From Eledone cirrhosa (taxonomy: Eukaryota), in contig OZ024740.1 in NCBI GenBank assembly GCA_964016885.1, forward strand, positions 139,624,001-139,688,000: a stretch of 64,000 bases of DNA. Direction: 5' to 3'. This document shows, piece after piece, positions 26,638-40,185 of this stretch. Each line of letters opens with the position of its first letter. Position 1 is the stretch's first letter. The notes below the pieces were generated by a model. That model was not told the origin of the DNA. It did no database searches and saw nothing but the letters and a program-made list of their open reading frames with translations. A program made the translations under genes and the position numbers.

Positions 26638-27116
26638 CAAGTGTTTATGTGTTGTAGTTCCGATGTATGTGCATAAAATCACCTATCTAACTCTATCACG
26701 TGCTTTGCATTACCCCTTACATAACAAATACCTATATTATCACCACACGCCTCTCTAACAAATTGCACACTATCTTAAATATTTATAACAATTATAACAT
26801 TTAACACCCCACACAAAATACGTTTATTTCAACTGCATCATAACTCTTTCCTCATACATGCATTATTGACTGTATTGACTCCTGCATTGTACACCAATTT
26901 TCCTTGTTTATAACTTTTTGCCTGTATTTTCTTAACTGTGCTTTTCGCTTGTACATCTTACACTTTCAACCAGTGCTGCCTGTAATTGTGTTCTTTCAAG
27001 AAGAACATCTTTTTAACTCCTGAATCTCCACATGTTACCATTGAAAATAACAACAATTATGTACACTAAATGTTCTAAATGACTAGGATTTTAGTCACAT
27101 GTTTCGACATTCCCTA

Positions 27117-27163
27117 TGCTCCGATGATTCCAGACTTCGCTCGGGAAGAAACAATTATCAGCA
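27117..27163 (+). ncRNA. Minimal hammerhead, CCGAUGA core variant
   Basis: TGCT-CCGATGA-TTCC..GGAA-GAAA-CAATTA-TC^-AGCA. Confidence 0.7.
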
Positions 27164-27687
27164 AATAAATGTTCTAAACTAAAATTTGATCGTTCTAACA
27201 CTTTGTATCTCGGCTCTGTAAAATTTGCATTGAGCCTTTTGTCATACCGGTAACCGGCTAGTACTTAGTACTACCCTCCATATTTATAGTTGTATCAAAT
27301 ATATATAAATATAAATATAAATATTCTTATTCCATATATATATATATACAGTATTTATTCATCTATATATGCATAATATCTTTGCTTGTCTGCTTCTCAT
27401 GTATATGACTAACACAGTTGCACTCTCCACACGCCTGCATATGAATTGTTATGGTACTCTTCCTTTCTCAAAACTACTTTCTCAATGCCTCTTTAATGAT
27501 TGGATTATTCTCTTCTTTTATCTGTTGCATGTATTCCACTCCGTGCTTTTGATTTTAATTAAATATTAATTTTAACATCCATTCCACCCTGTAAATACGA
27601 AACTGTTGCTCACAACATCAATTTATATGTATCTATATTATTGTTCAGTTGAATATGAGGTTAATTATATGTGCAAACATTGATAAT

Positions 27688-27732
27688 GCTCCGATGATTC
27701 CAAAAGTGAGTTTGGAAGAAACGATTGTCAGC
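27688..27732 (+). ncRNA. Minimal hammerhead, CCGAUGA core variant (paralog of 27117)
   Basis: GCT-CCGATGA-TTCCAAA-agtgag-TTTGGAA-GAAA-CGATTG-TC^-AGC, with (TA)n about 45 nt downstream. Confidence 0.75.
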
Positions 27733-27776
27733 TATTAAATGATTTGAACACAACTTTGATAATTGTATAATTTATT

Positions 27777-27873
<97 letters not shown>

Positions 27874-27986
27874 GTATATATATATAAATATTATATTTAT
27901 ATATATATATATATAAATTATACAATTATATAATATGAATGTATATGTCTATATATTTTCATACAGATTGTAATCGGCAAAATCAG

Positions 27987-28105
<119 letters not shown>

Positions 28106-28140
28106 TGTTAGAAAAACCACAGACCCTCCATCTCAACTCT

Positions 28141-28179
28141 ACTTTTGAAAAGCAGAAGAACTGCGAAAACCGGTAAAGG
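28141..28179 (+). ncRNA. Hammerhead variant with a UUGAAAA (U3/A8) core; element about 28102-28260
   Basis: ctt-TTGAAAA-GCAG-aagaa-CTGC-GAAA-(A)CCGG-TA^-AAG. Same family as 47289-47573. Confidence 0.6.
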
Positions 28180-28331
28180 AACCAAATAAATATATATATA
28201 TTTTTTTAAATAAGAATCCAGTTGCTCCAGTTGCATTTTCGATTTCATCTTTTTTTCTTTATATATATATATATATATATATATAAATTAAAGTATAGAA
28301 ATTGTTGTGAGCGTGAAGCCAACAGTATTTC

Positions 28332-28384
<53 letters not shown>

Positions 28385-28602
28385 ACAGAAGTGAAAAATG
28401 AAATTTCGTTTCATTTTTTCCGTTTATATAAACACATTTATATATATCATCATATATGAAACGCCAACACTGGATTGAGTTTTTCAATCAGATTCGGAAA
28501 TATTGATTTTGCCGATTACAATCTGTATGAAAAAATATAGACATATACATTCATATTATATAACGCACATTCACATATCCACCCGCACGCCCACACACAC
28601 AG

Positions 28603-28648
<46 letters not shown>

Positions 28649-28652
28649 ACAC

Positions 28653-28686
<34 letters not shown>

Positions 28687-28788
28687 CTGTGTGTGTGTGT
28701 GCATAAAAAGGAAAGGTAGAGAGACAGTATCATATATTCAACATCATTTTTTATTGCATCATCCCGATGTACATACAGGAAGTTCGGA

Positions 28789-28824
<36 letters not shown>

Positions 28825-28825
28825 C

Positions 28826-28868
<43 letters not shown>

Positions 28869-29268
28869 ATGTATGTATATATATATGAGGGGGTGTTTTA
28901 GTAACGTCTTATCCACGCAAGCTTATTGATATGTATACATATATATTACAGAAGTCACTATATGACTCTGTATGCGTATGTGTTGTATGCGAATGTGTAT
29001 ATGATATGTATACATATATATTACAGAAGTCACTATATGACTCTGTATGCGTGTGTGTATACGTGTACTTATGTACAAGGACAGTAGACGGTTGCAGAGC
29101 TATAAATAGCGCAAGCAGCTTCAGGGAGCTTTCGGCTTCTGCTAATGTCCGTTGATTAAACGGTTAATGAAAAAGTATGTTAATAACCTATCAGATTTAG
29201 CTCAAATGTTTACACACGCATATATCCACATACACACATAAATACCCGCACACGCACCTGTGCTAATG

Positions 29269-29302
<34 letters not shown>

Positions 29303-29321
29303 CAATCACATACATACACAC

Positions 29322-29376
<55 letters not shown>

Positions 29377-29420
29377 TTATATGAATTATAAGAATCAAAG
29401 AACTGTTCAAAACATTTTTA

Positions 29421-29467
29421 TGCTTACAACTGTTTCCTCCAAACCGAGGTTTGGTTTCTTCGGAGCA
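29421..29467 (-). ncRNA. Minimal hammerhead at the PLE 3' end
   Basis: Reverse complement: TGCT-CCGAAGA-aa-CCAAAC-ctcg-GTTTGG-ag-GAAA-CAGTTG-TA^-AGCA. Confidence 0.75.
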
Positions 29468-30881
29468 ATTTATTATTGAATGAACACTTATATGACCTCC
29501 TTTTCACCCAAGATACATATGCAAATATTGTGGGTCAACATTCATTACAGCATTTAGTGTGGCAGTACACATTTAGAGATTACATTCATATTAAAGGATA
29601 CAATCAAAAATACAGGTTAAAATACAACATGAAATTAAGCGGTTATTGAGTGCAATAGTTATACGTGTAGCAAGCACGTGCGTCTTGTTTATATAGTGTG
29701 GCAGAGAGTTACGTGTAATAGAAGCACTTAAATAGGTGATCAAGAGTGTTAAGGGGGTTGATCTGGTAATGAATTCTTTATATGATTGTTATAGCCTGTG
29801 CGTGGAGAAATAATATAAGCATTAAAAATAATGTAAGCATTAAAAATATTGGAAATGCGTAGCGAAGCGATGATATGGATTTCATGCACTGCGACATTTT
29901 CATAGTCTGGGGAGCGTATTTTTCAGATTATATGCCCCTCACATAATCCACGACGATTCGATATTGGGCGTTTGACAATCCTGTTAGAGAATCGTAGTCT
30001 GATGGTCTTTAGCTCAATACAGCAGGTTGTTACGCTGCGAGAATCGACATCGAAATATTACCCGGAAGTGTGTGTGTGGCTAAGGGGAGTTAATGCATGA
30101 GGGGAGGTAACTCAGTGGTTTCTATTACTAACTATTAAATTGTGTCTCAAAATAGTTCCTAACTTAAATGGTTATACGCAGTTTCTAAAAATTTAAAGTG
30201 TCTTAACTATAATGTAGTCTATTAAGCTGTGCTGAAGGTGTTCCTATTATGGTGATTATCCTCCATCGTAGAGTGCCACAAATGAATATTATACACGACG
30301 AGCGAGATTTCTAAATTAATGATCATTGTGATTGTAGTCTACTCATAGAACCTGGCAGGGTGATTATAGAATCACTTCAACATATAATGATCCCTGGTAA
30401 GTTCCGGGTCAGTGCATGCTATATTGGATGTCGAAAGACAATCATCACTAGGGCAGACCAGAGGTCAATCCACACTCCTCATGTCACTAATCTGACCATC
30501 AAATCATACATATATGTACAACCCATACGCCACTTGCAATACATTCACTGCACTCAGCATACCGGTCGTACAGCTCATCAACGTTACTAGATTAATTAGT
30601 CTTCCATTTATTCAACGATGGCACTTCCTCCGCATAGCACCAACAATACAATCAATTCAATGCTTAAATTTTACATTAACTATAAAGTGGTGTAGTGCAG
30701 TTCAAGCAACTGGATGTAGTCACACCTAAAGTAGAAGTACAAAGGGGTATTCCTACTGTGAAGGGTTCTAGAGGGATGTCCCGATTAGTGTTATATTAGA
30801 TCAATGAGTGTGGGGATGTGGTATAAGGTGTGCCCCTGGTGTTTGATGCTAGAGGTTGTGTCTGGTTCAAGTCCGACATTG

Positions 30882-31193
30882 CTATATATTGGGCTTAAAG
30901 TTTTGGAAGGAATGTCTGAAGCGGTGCTGGTAAGTTGCGAACACTTCAGATTTTTTGTTAAGTAGGTTACGGTTAGAGAAGATAATAGTGTGGGTCTCTA
31001 GTATACAGAGGTTACAAAATTTATTAGGTGGTTTGTACGAAGTCGCGCTACCTATCACTTCCCATTTGAGTGTGTAAGGTTTATTTTTAGTTTTTAGATA
31101 GTGTATGTAGCTAGATAGTGAGGTGGAGCTGGCTAGACTGTGCTTTTTGAACGAGTGGATGTGCGAATTATAACTGCTCTGTAAATCATCTGA
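30882..31193 (-). pseudogene. GIY-YIG endonuclease C-terminal fragment of a Penelope-like element (Naiad/Chlamys-like); not in the ORF track because it has no start codon
   Basis: 103 open codons: ..SYNSHIHSFKKHSLASSTSLSSYIHYLK..KPYTLKWEVI..SYKPPNKFCNLCILETHTII..LLNKKSEVFATYQH..*. Confidence 0.75.
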
Positions 31194-31356
31194 TGTTATT
31201 ACATTGAGCGATTTAACTTACTGGTAATAAGGTAGTAATATATTACTGCCTACCACTATTTAGGGTTTGTAAAAATATATATAACTACAAAAGGTTTTTG
31301 TATTTGCATAACCATAAATAGTATACTTAATACTATATATATATATATATATATAT

Positions 31357-31475
31357 GAAGGCGTGTGGCTGAGTGGTTAGAGAATTGGATTCGCAATCGT
31401 AAGGTTGTGAGTTCGATTCCTGGACCAGGCGATGCGTTATGTCCTTGAGCAAGACACTTTATTTCACGTTGCTCC
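31357..31475 (+). mobile_element. CORE-type tRNA SINE (5' part)
   Basis: A box tggctgagtgg, B box gagttcgattcc, CORE-like tgtccttgagcaagacactt. Confidence 0.8.
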
Positions 31476-31780
31476 TTCTACATGTAGTCGCGACCGATAG
31501 ATAGTATTAGCAATTGGAAAGACCAACGGAAACATTGTTCCCTCGGTCCGATTTGACGAAAGTCGATCGTCTTTAAAATATATATATATATTTATTAAAA
31601 CCACAGATTAAAGTTTAAGCAAAGAATCGCTGCTTTCACCGTTAACGGGATTCAATGAGTACATCAAAGAATGAGTTTTACAGTAGATTGGAAGCACTCT
31701 ACAATTAAATATTTTCCAGAGTTATTAATATAATATTAAATTCAAATATTAATAAAATAGATGTTCTTGCGATCAATTAA

Positions 31781-31846
31781 ATTTTATTATACATATTTCA
31801 GAAGTACGTGAATCATGTTCAGCAGTACGTCCTCATCAGATAAAAT
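31781..31846 (-). ncRNA. Minimal hammerhead
   Basis: Reverse complement: ATTTTAT-CTGATGA-gga.GTAC..TGAA-catga-TTCA.GTAC.tct-GAAA-TATGTA-TA^-ATAAAAT, with a 7-bp stem I. Confidence 0.75.
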
Positions 31847-31958
31847 AAAATGATACATGACATACCCTGAGATATTAAATGGTTAAGAATTAATCAACGT
31901 ATAATCAAGATTTAATCAATGTATATATATATATATATATATATATATTCACATACAT

Positions 31959-32027
<69 letters not shown>

Positions 32028-32080
32028 AGATGCAACCGGTCCTAGAATTGATACCTATGCTGGGTCCGTCAACTCCTTAT

Positions 32081-32109
<29 letters not shown>

Positions 32110-32112
<3 letters not shown>

Positions 32113-32308
32113 GGAACGAGTAGGACCCCGACGGCTGAGCTCAAGCCGTTTCGACGGCTAATTCTAGACTCAGTTCAGAGTTAGCCGTCGAAACGGCTTG
32201 AGCTCAACCGTCGGGGTCCTACTCGTTCCTATTACCCACTCTACTACCCTAAATATTGAGTACTCTGGTGCGTTATGGTCCACCTGGTTCCTTACCACAT
32301 TTCCTTCG

Positions 32309-32310
<2 letters not shown>
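32110..32310 (+). mobile_element. Half-hammerhead palindrome family copy in (TA)n
   Basis: Palindrome 32110-32232, then a tail ending ttccttcgt(TA)n. Confidence 0.9.
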
Positions 32311-32374
<64 letters not shown>

Positions 32375-32932
32375 CTCTCTCTCTCTGTCTTTTTCTCTCT
32401 CTCTCTCTCTCTCTCTCCCTCTCTCTCTCTCTCTCTCGCTCTCTCTCAATGTCTGTATTTGTGTGTGCGTATATGTGTGTGTATATACTTATAGTGCTAA
32501 GCACTTTAAAATTAATGAATGGGAAGAATAGTAAAATAAGAAAAGAATCTGGAAATACGAATGTTGTCGAGGATGTTTCTGGTCAGTGCCTTCGTCAGTT
32601 TTACATTATGACTCACCTTCTCCCAGTTTTGTACCCCATTCTTCCAATTAAATTAATTTCAACTCACAATTTAGTGAGCTGGCGAAACAAACATTTGACT
32701 TCTTGCTCTGACCACATTAAGAAAATTACTAGGTCTGAGTTTTCCACTACACTGTCCACATTCCCTCATGTCACATCATGTTACCGGTCATAACACTATA
32801 TGACTGTCTTCACTGCTTTGGATATTTCCATGGTACACGACAAACATATTTAGCGATCTATTTATTGATCGCAAGTAATGATCATATATTTGAATTAATT
32901 ATACAAATTTGTATAAAACTTTGATATTTTAA

Positions 32933-33363
32933 CCCTTTAGCATTTACATTACTCTATATTTACTGTTGTATTTTCACATAATTATCTCAAATAATATCAA
33001 ATCTATGAGATTTTGTTATTATGTATTTTGAGAACAATATCTTAATGTTAGCATGAGCAGCCGGTCATGACCGGTTTGAACAGAAAGGGGTGAGAGAATT
33101 CTGGCCGGATACAGCCAGTTTAAATGCTAAAGGGTTAACCCTTTAGCATTTATATTACTCTATATTTACTATTGTATTTTCACAGCAAAGGCTGTGAATT
33201 ATCTCAAATAATATCTCACATGATATCAAATCTACAAGATGTTGTTATTATGTATTTTGAGAACAATACCTTAATGTCAGTATGAGCAGCCGGTCATGGC
33301 CGGTTTGAACAGAAAGATGTGAGAGAATTCTGGTCAGATACGGCCCGTTTAAATGATAAAGGG
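32933..33363. mobile_element. Tandem dimer of a piggyBac-type (TTAA) MITE
   Basis: TTAA|ccctttagcattta...taaatgctaaaggg|TTAA|ccctttagcattta...aaatgataaaggg. Confidence 0.85.
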
Positions 33364-34019
33364 TAAAGGTGCGTATCTGAAGTATGTACTCTAAGTTGGG
33401 TGCTGTCATTAAGCCGTGAAAGGTTTAATGACAGCTGTTAGCAGAAACAACTTTTTGATTTTGTATTGTTACTTTCTTCTTTCATTGAAGTAGTCTACGT
33501 AGAGGTGAGTTATGTTTCAAATACTGGAGAGTCATGAGTTCGCTTCCTGGCGGTGGGTCGCGTCCTTGAAAGAGATTTTTTATTTCCCATTGCCCCAGTC
33601 TACTTAGCTGGCAAAAATGAGTTATACATGTAAGTCAAGGAGCCAATTTAACACCTTGTGTCAGGCTGACACTCCATGATATCTACGTTAAGAGACACGA
33701 ATCTGTGAAATGTTTCGCCACTTTCACGTTAATTTCACAAGCAGGTTATTCCGTTGTTCAAACAACTGGAACAATCAACGTCGGAACTGAGGAGGATGTA
33801 AGGGGGGAAGCAAAGGAGGAGAGGTGGAAGAAGAGGAGCAGAAGGAGGGGAGCAGGAGGAGGGGAGCAGGAATAGGCGGAAAGGAAAGAATGCTGTTTCT
33901 TCCCTGTTTCTTCATTGAGAGTTTTATCTACTGTCTATTGTTCATTTGATGTGTGTGCGCATCTTGTTTGATCACGTGACACGCTGTCATCTGCTCAGTA
34001 TTGTTGATAGTAATATATA

Positions 34020-34082
<63 letters not shown>

Positions 34083-35263
34083 GAGAGGGGGGGTGAAAGA
34101 GGGATATGGTTAAAATATAGGCAGACAGATAAATAGTGTAAAAAGGTTTACACCTCACTCCATGAAATAACCAATGCGGAAAACTCTAGTTGAACTATAA
34201 AACATATAATTCCGAAACAAAGTGGGTTTAGTGCATATTTAAATAGTTCGAGTTTAGTTAACACATTTGTTAAAGGTTTGCACTCGCACTGACGTTAATT
34301 ACCGCCTTTTAAAGTCAACTCTCGGACAAACGAGATTCAAGCAACTGGAGCAAGGTTATTAGATGACAATTATTTATAGTCTGTTAAGATCCCGTATTCT
34401 GTATGTATGTATGTCAGCAGAGATAGGTAGGATGGATACAGTAACGTCGTTAATTTCCGTCTTGAAAGCCGATAGTTACAACGATTTTGAAGAGAAAGAA
34501 GTTTAGTTTGTATGCAACGTTGGCATTGCCTATTCAAACGTCATTCAAATATGTGAGTCTGTGGTTTATGTACTTGTGTCTTTATTTGTGTGGGTCCGTG
34601 TGTGTGTATGTGAGTGTGTGCGTGTATATGTGTGCATGTGTGTTTGTCTGTGTGTGTGTGTGTGTGATGATTCCTCAAGTTGATGTTTATTTACAGGTTA
34701 TTTTTTACAGATCTATGCTGAAATACATTCCGGCCGCGATCATCCTGTTTATCTCCTGTGTACAAGGAGTAGGGACCTATGTTATCCAGCATGTGCTTTC
34801 CTTCCTAAGATGACGAGGTGTAACTTGAGGGAAATATGGTCACTATTTCTAGTAGATCAAGGGACCACATAGAAACTCATTGTTCAAAGCCGCATGTCGT
34901 TTCTGATTCCTGGCTACTAGTTACTGTTTAGTTTCACGAGGAATGTCAGTGAGGAAATTATCAGCTCCTGCATCAATATAGTTTCCACCATAAAATTTCG
35001 TACGATAAAAATATTCTAGCTCTCTTTCTACGCCATGAAAAACACATGATTCTTTAATTTTACAAATCCATGGTTATACTTCATGGCGGCTAATTGGCAG
35101 AGACATTAGAATTTCGTGGGGTATGATGTTTTACAGCATTCATTCCGGCACTCAAATCCCACTGAGGTTAACTTTCTCCACCATCCAGTCTTTACTCATG
35201 AAGATTGTATCGCTGTTAATCAGGTCATACATGCATAATACTTACATACATATGTATGTATGC

Positions 35264-35348
<85 letters not shown>

Positions 35349-35355
35349 GTGTGTG

Positions 35356-35600
<245 letters not shown>

Positions 35601-35731
35601 AATGATAAATTAAAAAAATAGACAGGACGGGCAGGTTAGGACAGGTGTTACGTTTACTGACGTCGAGTGCTTTTTTGACTGCTTCGCGGCGTTACAAAGT
35701 AAGCTTCACGGATAAATACCGTAATTATCTG

Positions 35732-35795
<64 letters not shown>

Positions 35796-35938
35796 GCCTC
35801 AGCCAGATGGCTGAAACAGGTAAAAGAGTATATATATATATTCAGAGAGAGAGTGGGGGCTTCCATTGAATTAACAATTTCATTAATCAAAGGAAATAAA
35901 TTTAATGAGAAAATATTAAGGCCTTCAAGATGCTTCCG

Positions 35939-35979
<41 letters not shown>

Positions 35980-35991
35980 CGTGTGTGTGTG

Positions 35992-36076
<85 letters not shown>

Positions 36077-36752
36077 TTTTGCGCGTGTGTGTGTGTGCGT
36101 GTGTGTGTGAGTGTGTGTGTGTGTGCGTGCGTGTGTGCGTGTGTGCGTGTGTGCGTGTGTGTTTGATTATGTGTCTGTAATACAATAAATAACAATTATA
36201 TAGCTGCTACTTGAAGTTTTCCCAAGTGAATTACATGATACAAGATAGATCATCACCAACTTCTGGGCTCGTGTGGGCCAGGATTGTCATCTATATCATA
36301 TTCACCATGCCACCATTACTAAGTTTTACTTTTATCTCAATTTTATATAGATTTTAATCATATTTCTCCTTGATATTTGATTGTAATAATAAAATCCGAA
36401 ATGCATCATCAAAGCATTTAAACCTTTTAGACTAGAAGAAAAGACACAGAAAGTCTAACAACATTGATGATGTAGATTAAGGATTAAGTAAATTAATTTA
36501 CATATTTAGCGGAAATTTGATTGGAGGAAAAAATATGGGCGAGTGCGGCTGGAATGCTTTTGATCATAAGTATCCTGGACTTAGACTTAAATAGGTGATA
36601 AACAAAAACATCATTAGACGCATACTTTCACTAGCTTACAATCAGACAGATAAACGAACGGTCAACACGGCATTAGATAAGTGGACATGAGACAAACAAT
36701 CGGGAATATACATACATACATACATACATACATACATACATACATACATACA

Positions 36753-36992
36753 AGTGGAGGCACGTGAGTTCGATTCCTGGGTTACGTGTTGTGTTCTTGA
36801 GCAAAACAATTCATTTCATGTTGCTCCAGTATACTCAGCTGAAAATGAGTACCAGCAATAGCTAGGGGTTTAACCCTGCTATGGACTGTGTCCTGTCCAG
36901 GGGGAAGTCTTTTACTCTCAGTCGCTTCAAGCCATGAAACCGGGATAAGCACCGGCCAAATGAGCCTTCTGGCTTAAGACAGACTTTAGACT
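36753..36992 (+). mobile_element. CORE-type SINE inside (CATA)n
   Basis: gagttcgattcc, tgtgttcttgagcaaaaca, actcagctgaaaatgagtacc. Confidence 0.75.
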
Positions 36993-37076
36993 AGACATAC
37001 ATACATACATACATACATACATACATACATACATACATACATACATACATACATACATACATACATACATACATAG

Positions 37077-37671
37077 AATGTCATCTCGCTACTACCTCCC
37101 CATGAGACACGATGGGATAGCTAGAACCATCTGGAACGCACTTCGGAAAACAAAATTAACAACAAACGAGGAAGAATATATTGAGACAGATGGCACTAAG
37201 GAATACTGGTGGAACCTGAAAATAAAAACTGCCACCAAATTAAAGCACAACCGGCCTGATATTGTAGTTTGGGACCACACATTGAAAACGTGTTCTGTTG
37301 TGGAGATCAGCTGCCCACTTGATGTAAACGTTGTCAGAAAAATACAGGAGAAGGAGGACATCTACGGACCATTGATGAGGAGTTTACAAATCCAGTATCC
37401 AAGATACACCTTTAGCTTCATACCCATTATTATTGGAGTTACGGGTTATATACCAACCAGCTTGGACCAAAGTATGACTGAACTTGGATTTGCGGACAAA
37501 GAGCGCAGCTCCCTAATTCATAGTCTACAAATGGCTGCGATAGCTGGCACCTTCAAAATTTGCAAAACATTCTTGCGATTCAAGAGATGACAATTTCTTT
37601 TCTTTTACAAACTTGCCACCAGGAAGGTGGCCGGTCAAAATAATATACTCGAAATTAAGAGAACGAGATAT
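37077..37671 (+). mobile_element. R4/Dong-type LINE 3' end (second subfamily) with an uninterrupted RLE domain ORF
   Basis: ORF 37078-37590: MRHD..EYWWN..HNRPDIVVWD..VVEISCP..KEDIY..PIIIG. (CATA)n lies on both sides. Confidence 0.9.
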
Positions 37672-37769
37672 CATACATACATACATACATACATACATAC
37701 ATACATACATACATACATACATACATACATACATACATACATACATACATGCATACATACATATATGAT

Positions 37770-39160
37770 CATCGGAACTCTCTGCGCACAACAAAACAGT
37801 GGCTCACAATGTGTTTGCTGTGCCTGCCCTAACACCAACGTTTGGAATACTCAATTGGACGATAGACGAAATCCGAGCAATTGATGTTAAAAATCGAAAA
37901 ATTCGAAACAACACCGGGAACTTCCACATCAACAGTGACATAGACCGCCTTTACTTGAAACGTAAGCAGTGAGGCAGAGGCCTAACATCAGTCCAAACAA
38001 CATTTGAATGTCGCATCATATCCCTCTGACAATATCTACGAACCTCGAAGCGTAGGATCCTGTCTCTCGAGCAAGTCTATCTGCATGAAACACATAAGAT
38101 CATGAGAGTTGGGAAGGAACTCCTCGAAAGATATTCCCTGTGTGATAATCAAAAACTCACACCCAGGGAAGTCGCTCAGCAGTATCGCAGTGAATCCATG
38201 GATGAAAAACTGTATGCTTATCAGCAAAAAATCATGCATGGATATGTTGCCAGGAAGCTCCAGAGTGATAGTAATATAGATAAGAAAGTACTCTACCTTG
38301 GACCAACAACCGCTATATTGGCTCCCACTTTGAAGGATACGCTTTTGCAATCCAAGAACTCAATACGAAATACCTGAAGAAATCAATACGAAATACCTGA
38401 TTCACAAAAGAGATAGGGATGCAGGCAAAACACCTAGATATAATAACAAGTGCAGCCTCTGCAGAATTAACATCTAAGATGTCACCCATCTCATAAGCAG
38501 CTGTCCAACGATGTCATCGCAGTACTATCTACCTATGAGGCATGATGTAGTGGCCAAAACACTGTGCAATGCAATCCGTAGAAAAGATAGCCCCGATAAT
38601 AAAACATTAAAACCTATAGCAATGTGGAAGACATACATATACATAATATGAAAGAGTGCTGGTAGAATGTTAGGTAAAAAAAAAACAATAAAATGCAGGC
38701 ATAACAGACCAGATATGGAACAGGGAAAAGAAGGCATGCACAGTAGTAGAAGTTAGCTGCCCAGCAGATGCCAATATAATATCAAAGATTGTCGAAAAGG
38801 AGAATATTTATGCAGAACTAATGAGAAATCCTCTGATACTCCACCCATATTTTGCTTGTGATTATTGGGGCACTGGGATATGTTAGTAACTGCCTCAATA
38901 CAAATCTTGAGAAGCTGTGCTTCACAGGAACAGAAAGAACACAAAAATGTTGCATCTAATAACTTCATATAAACATGTACAGATACAAGCGTATACACAT
39001 GCACACATACAACTCAAAACATCCACATCCACACATACAATAACATCCATACCTACACATACATGCATGCATATCTACCTAGTTGATGTTGTGTAAATTC
39101 CAATGAGAGAGTCTTGTAACTATTGGCAAAAATTTGTGAATTTATAAAACCAGAAGAACA
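37770..39160 (+). mobile_element. R4/Dong-type LINE 3' part (same family as 20200-22260)
   Basis: Collinear with 20850-22260 and ends ccagaagaa|catat..catac. Confidence 0.9.
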
Positions 39161-39185
39161 TATATACATACATACATACATACAT

Positions 39186-39745
39186 GGTGGCTGCCAACTC
39201 GTTTTCGAGTACGGCCACCTACTTTATATCCATGTAAGAGAACCCCTACCGATACGCTGAACGAGTGTGACTTTTTAGTCCAGCCAGCGACTTGAAAACT
39301 CTGGTACAAACACTACACTTGTGACAATTATTGACACATAGTGCTGGGCTCATGTTACCATATGACGACAAGTGTAGAGAGATCTCCAGATATAAAGCAA
39401 TGCCTGTGCCGTGAAGCTTTTATAGTGAGCAAAGGCACTGCACAAAGCCAGTCCCACTCTCTTAACCAAGATGATATTTACCAAAAAGAAGAACAAGTCA
39501 ACATCATTGGATACCATCAGGGTTGCAGGTGTTATATCAGAGTTTTCCTTCTCCTAGAATTCTGCCTTGACAAAAGCTAAAGGGTCATCTCTTCTGGTGA
39601 TTTTGGATGGCCATTGACTCTTAAGAGCTCCTTTGGCCTTTGACAGGTTTTTTTTTTGTCCTGCAGGATGTCCAAAGTCACCCTCCTCACCAAGAAACCT
39701 TGGTGGGGTTGCCAGTTTAGTCGCCAACGACCCGACCATGAGACA
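39186..39745 (-). mobile_element. Bipartite non-autonomous RTE-like element, copy 1
   Basis: Reverse complement of 48145-48690, flanked by (CATA)n. Confidence 0.8.
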
Positions 39746-39842
39746 TACATACATACATACATACATACATACATACATACATACATACATACATACATGC
39801 ATACATACATACATACATACATACATACATACATACATACAT

Positions 39843-40100
39843 GGTGGCTGCCAACTCGTTTTCGAGTACGGCCACTACTTTATATCCATGTAGGAGAACT
39901 CCTACCGATGCGTTGAACAAGTGTGACTTTTTAGTCCAGCCAGCGACTTGAAAACTCTGGTACAAACACTACACTTGTGACAATTATTGACACATAGTGC
40001 TGGGCCCATGGTACCATGTGACAACAAGTGCAGAGAGATCTCCAGATATAAAGCAATGTTTGTGCCGTGAAGCTGTTATAGTGAGCAAAGGCACTGCACA
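39843..40100 (-). mobile_element. Same element, 5'-truncated copy 2
   Basis: Same fixed end (catg|gtggctgcc), truncated at the other end. Confidence 0.8.
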
Positions 40101-40185
40101 TACATACATACATACATACATACATACATACATACATACATACATACATACATACATTCACACATACATACATACATGCATACAT

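Larger units (their letters stand above)
29375..31200 (-). mobile_element. 5'-truncated Penelope-like element: GIY-YIG C-terminus, about 1.4-kb 3' region, terminal HHR, then (TA)n
   Basis: See the 30882-31193 translation and the HHR at 29421-29467 on the same strand. That the intervening sequence belongs to the element is inferred. Confidence 0.65.

Noticed and set aside
31357-31425. tRNA gene
   Set aside because: The A and B boxes run directly into a SINE CORE domain and there is no acceptor stem.
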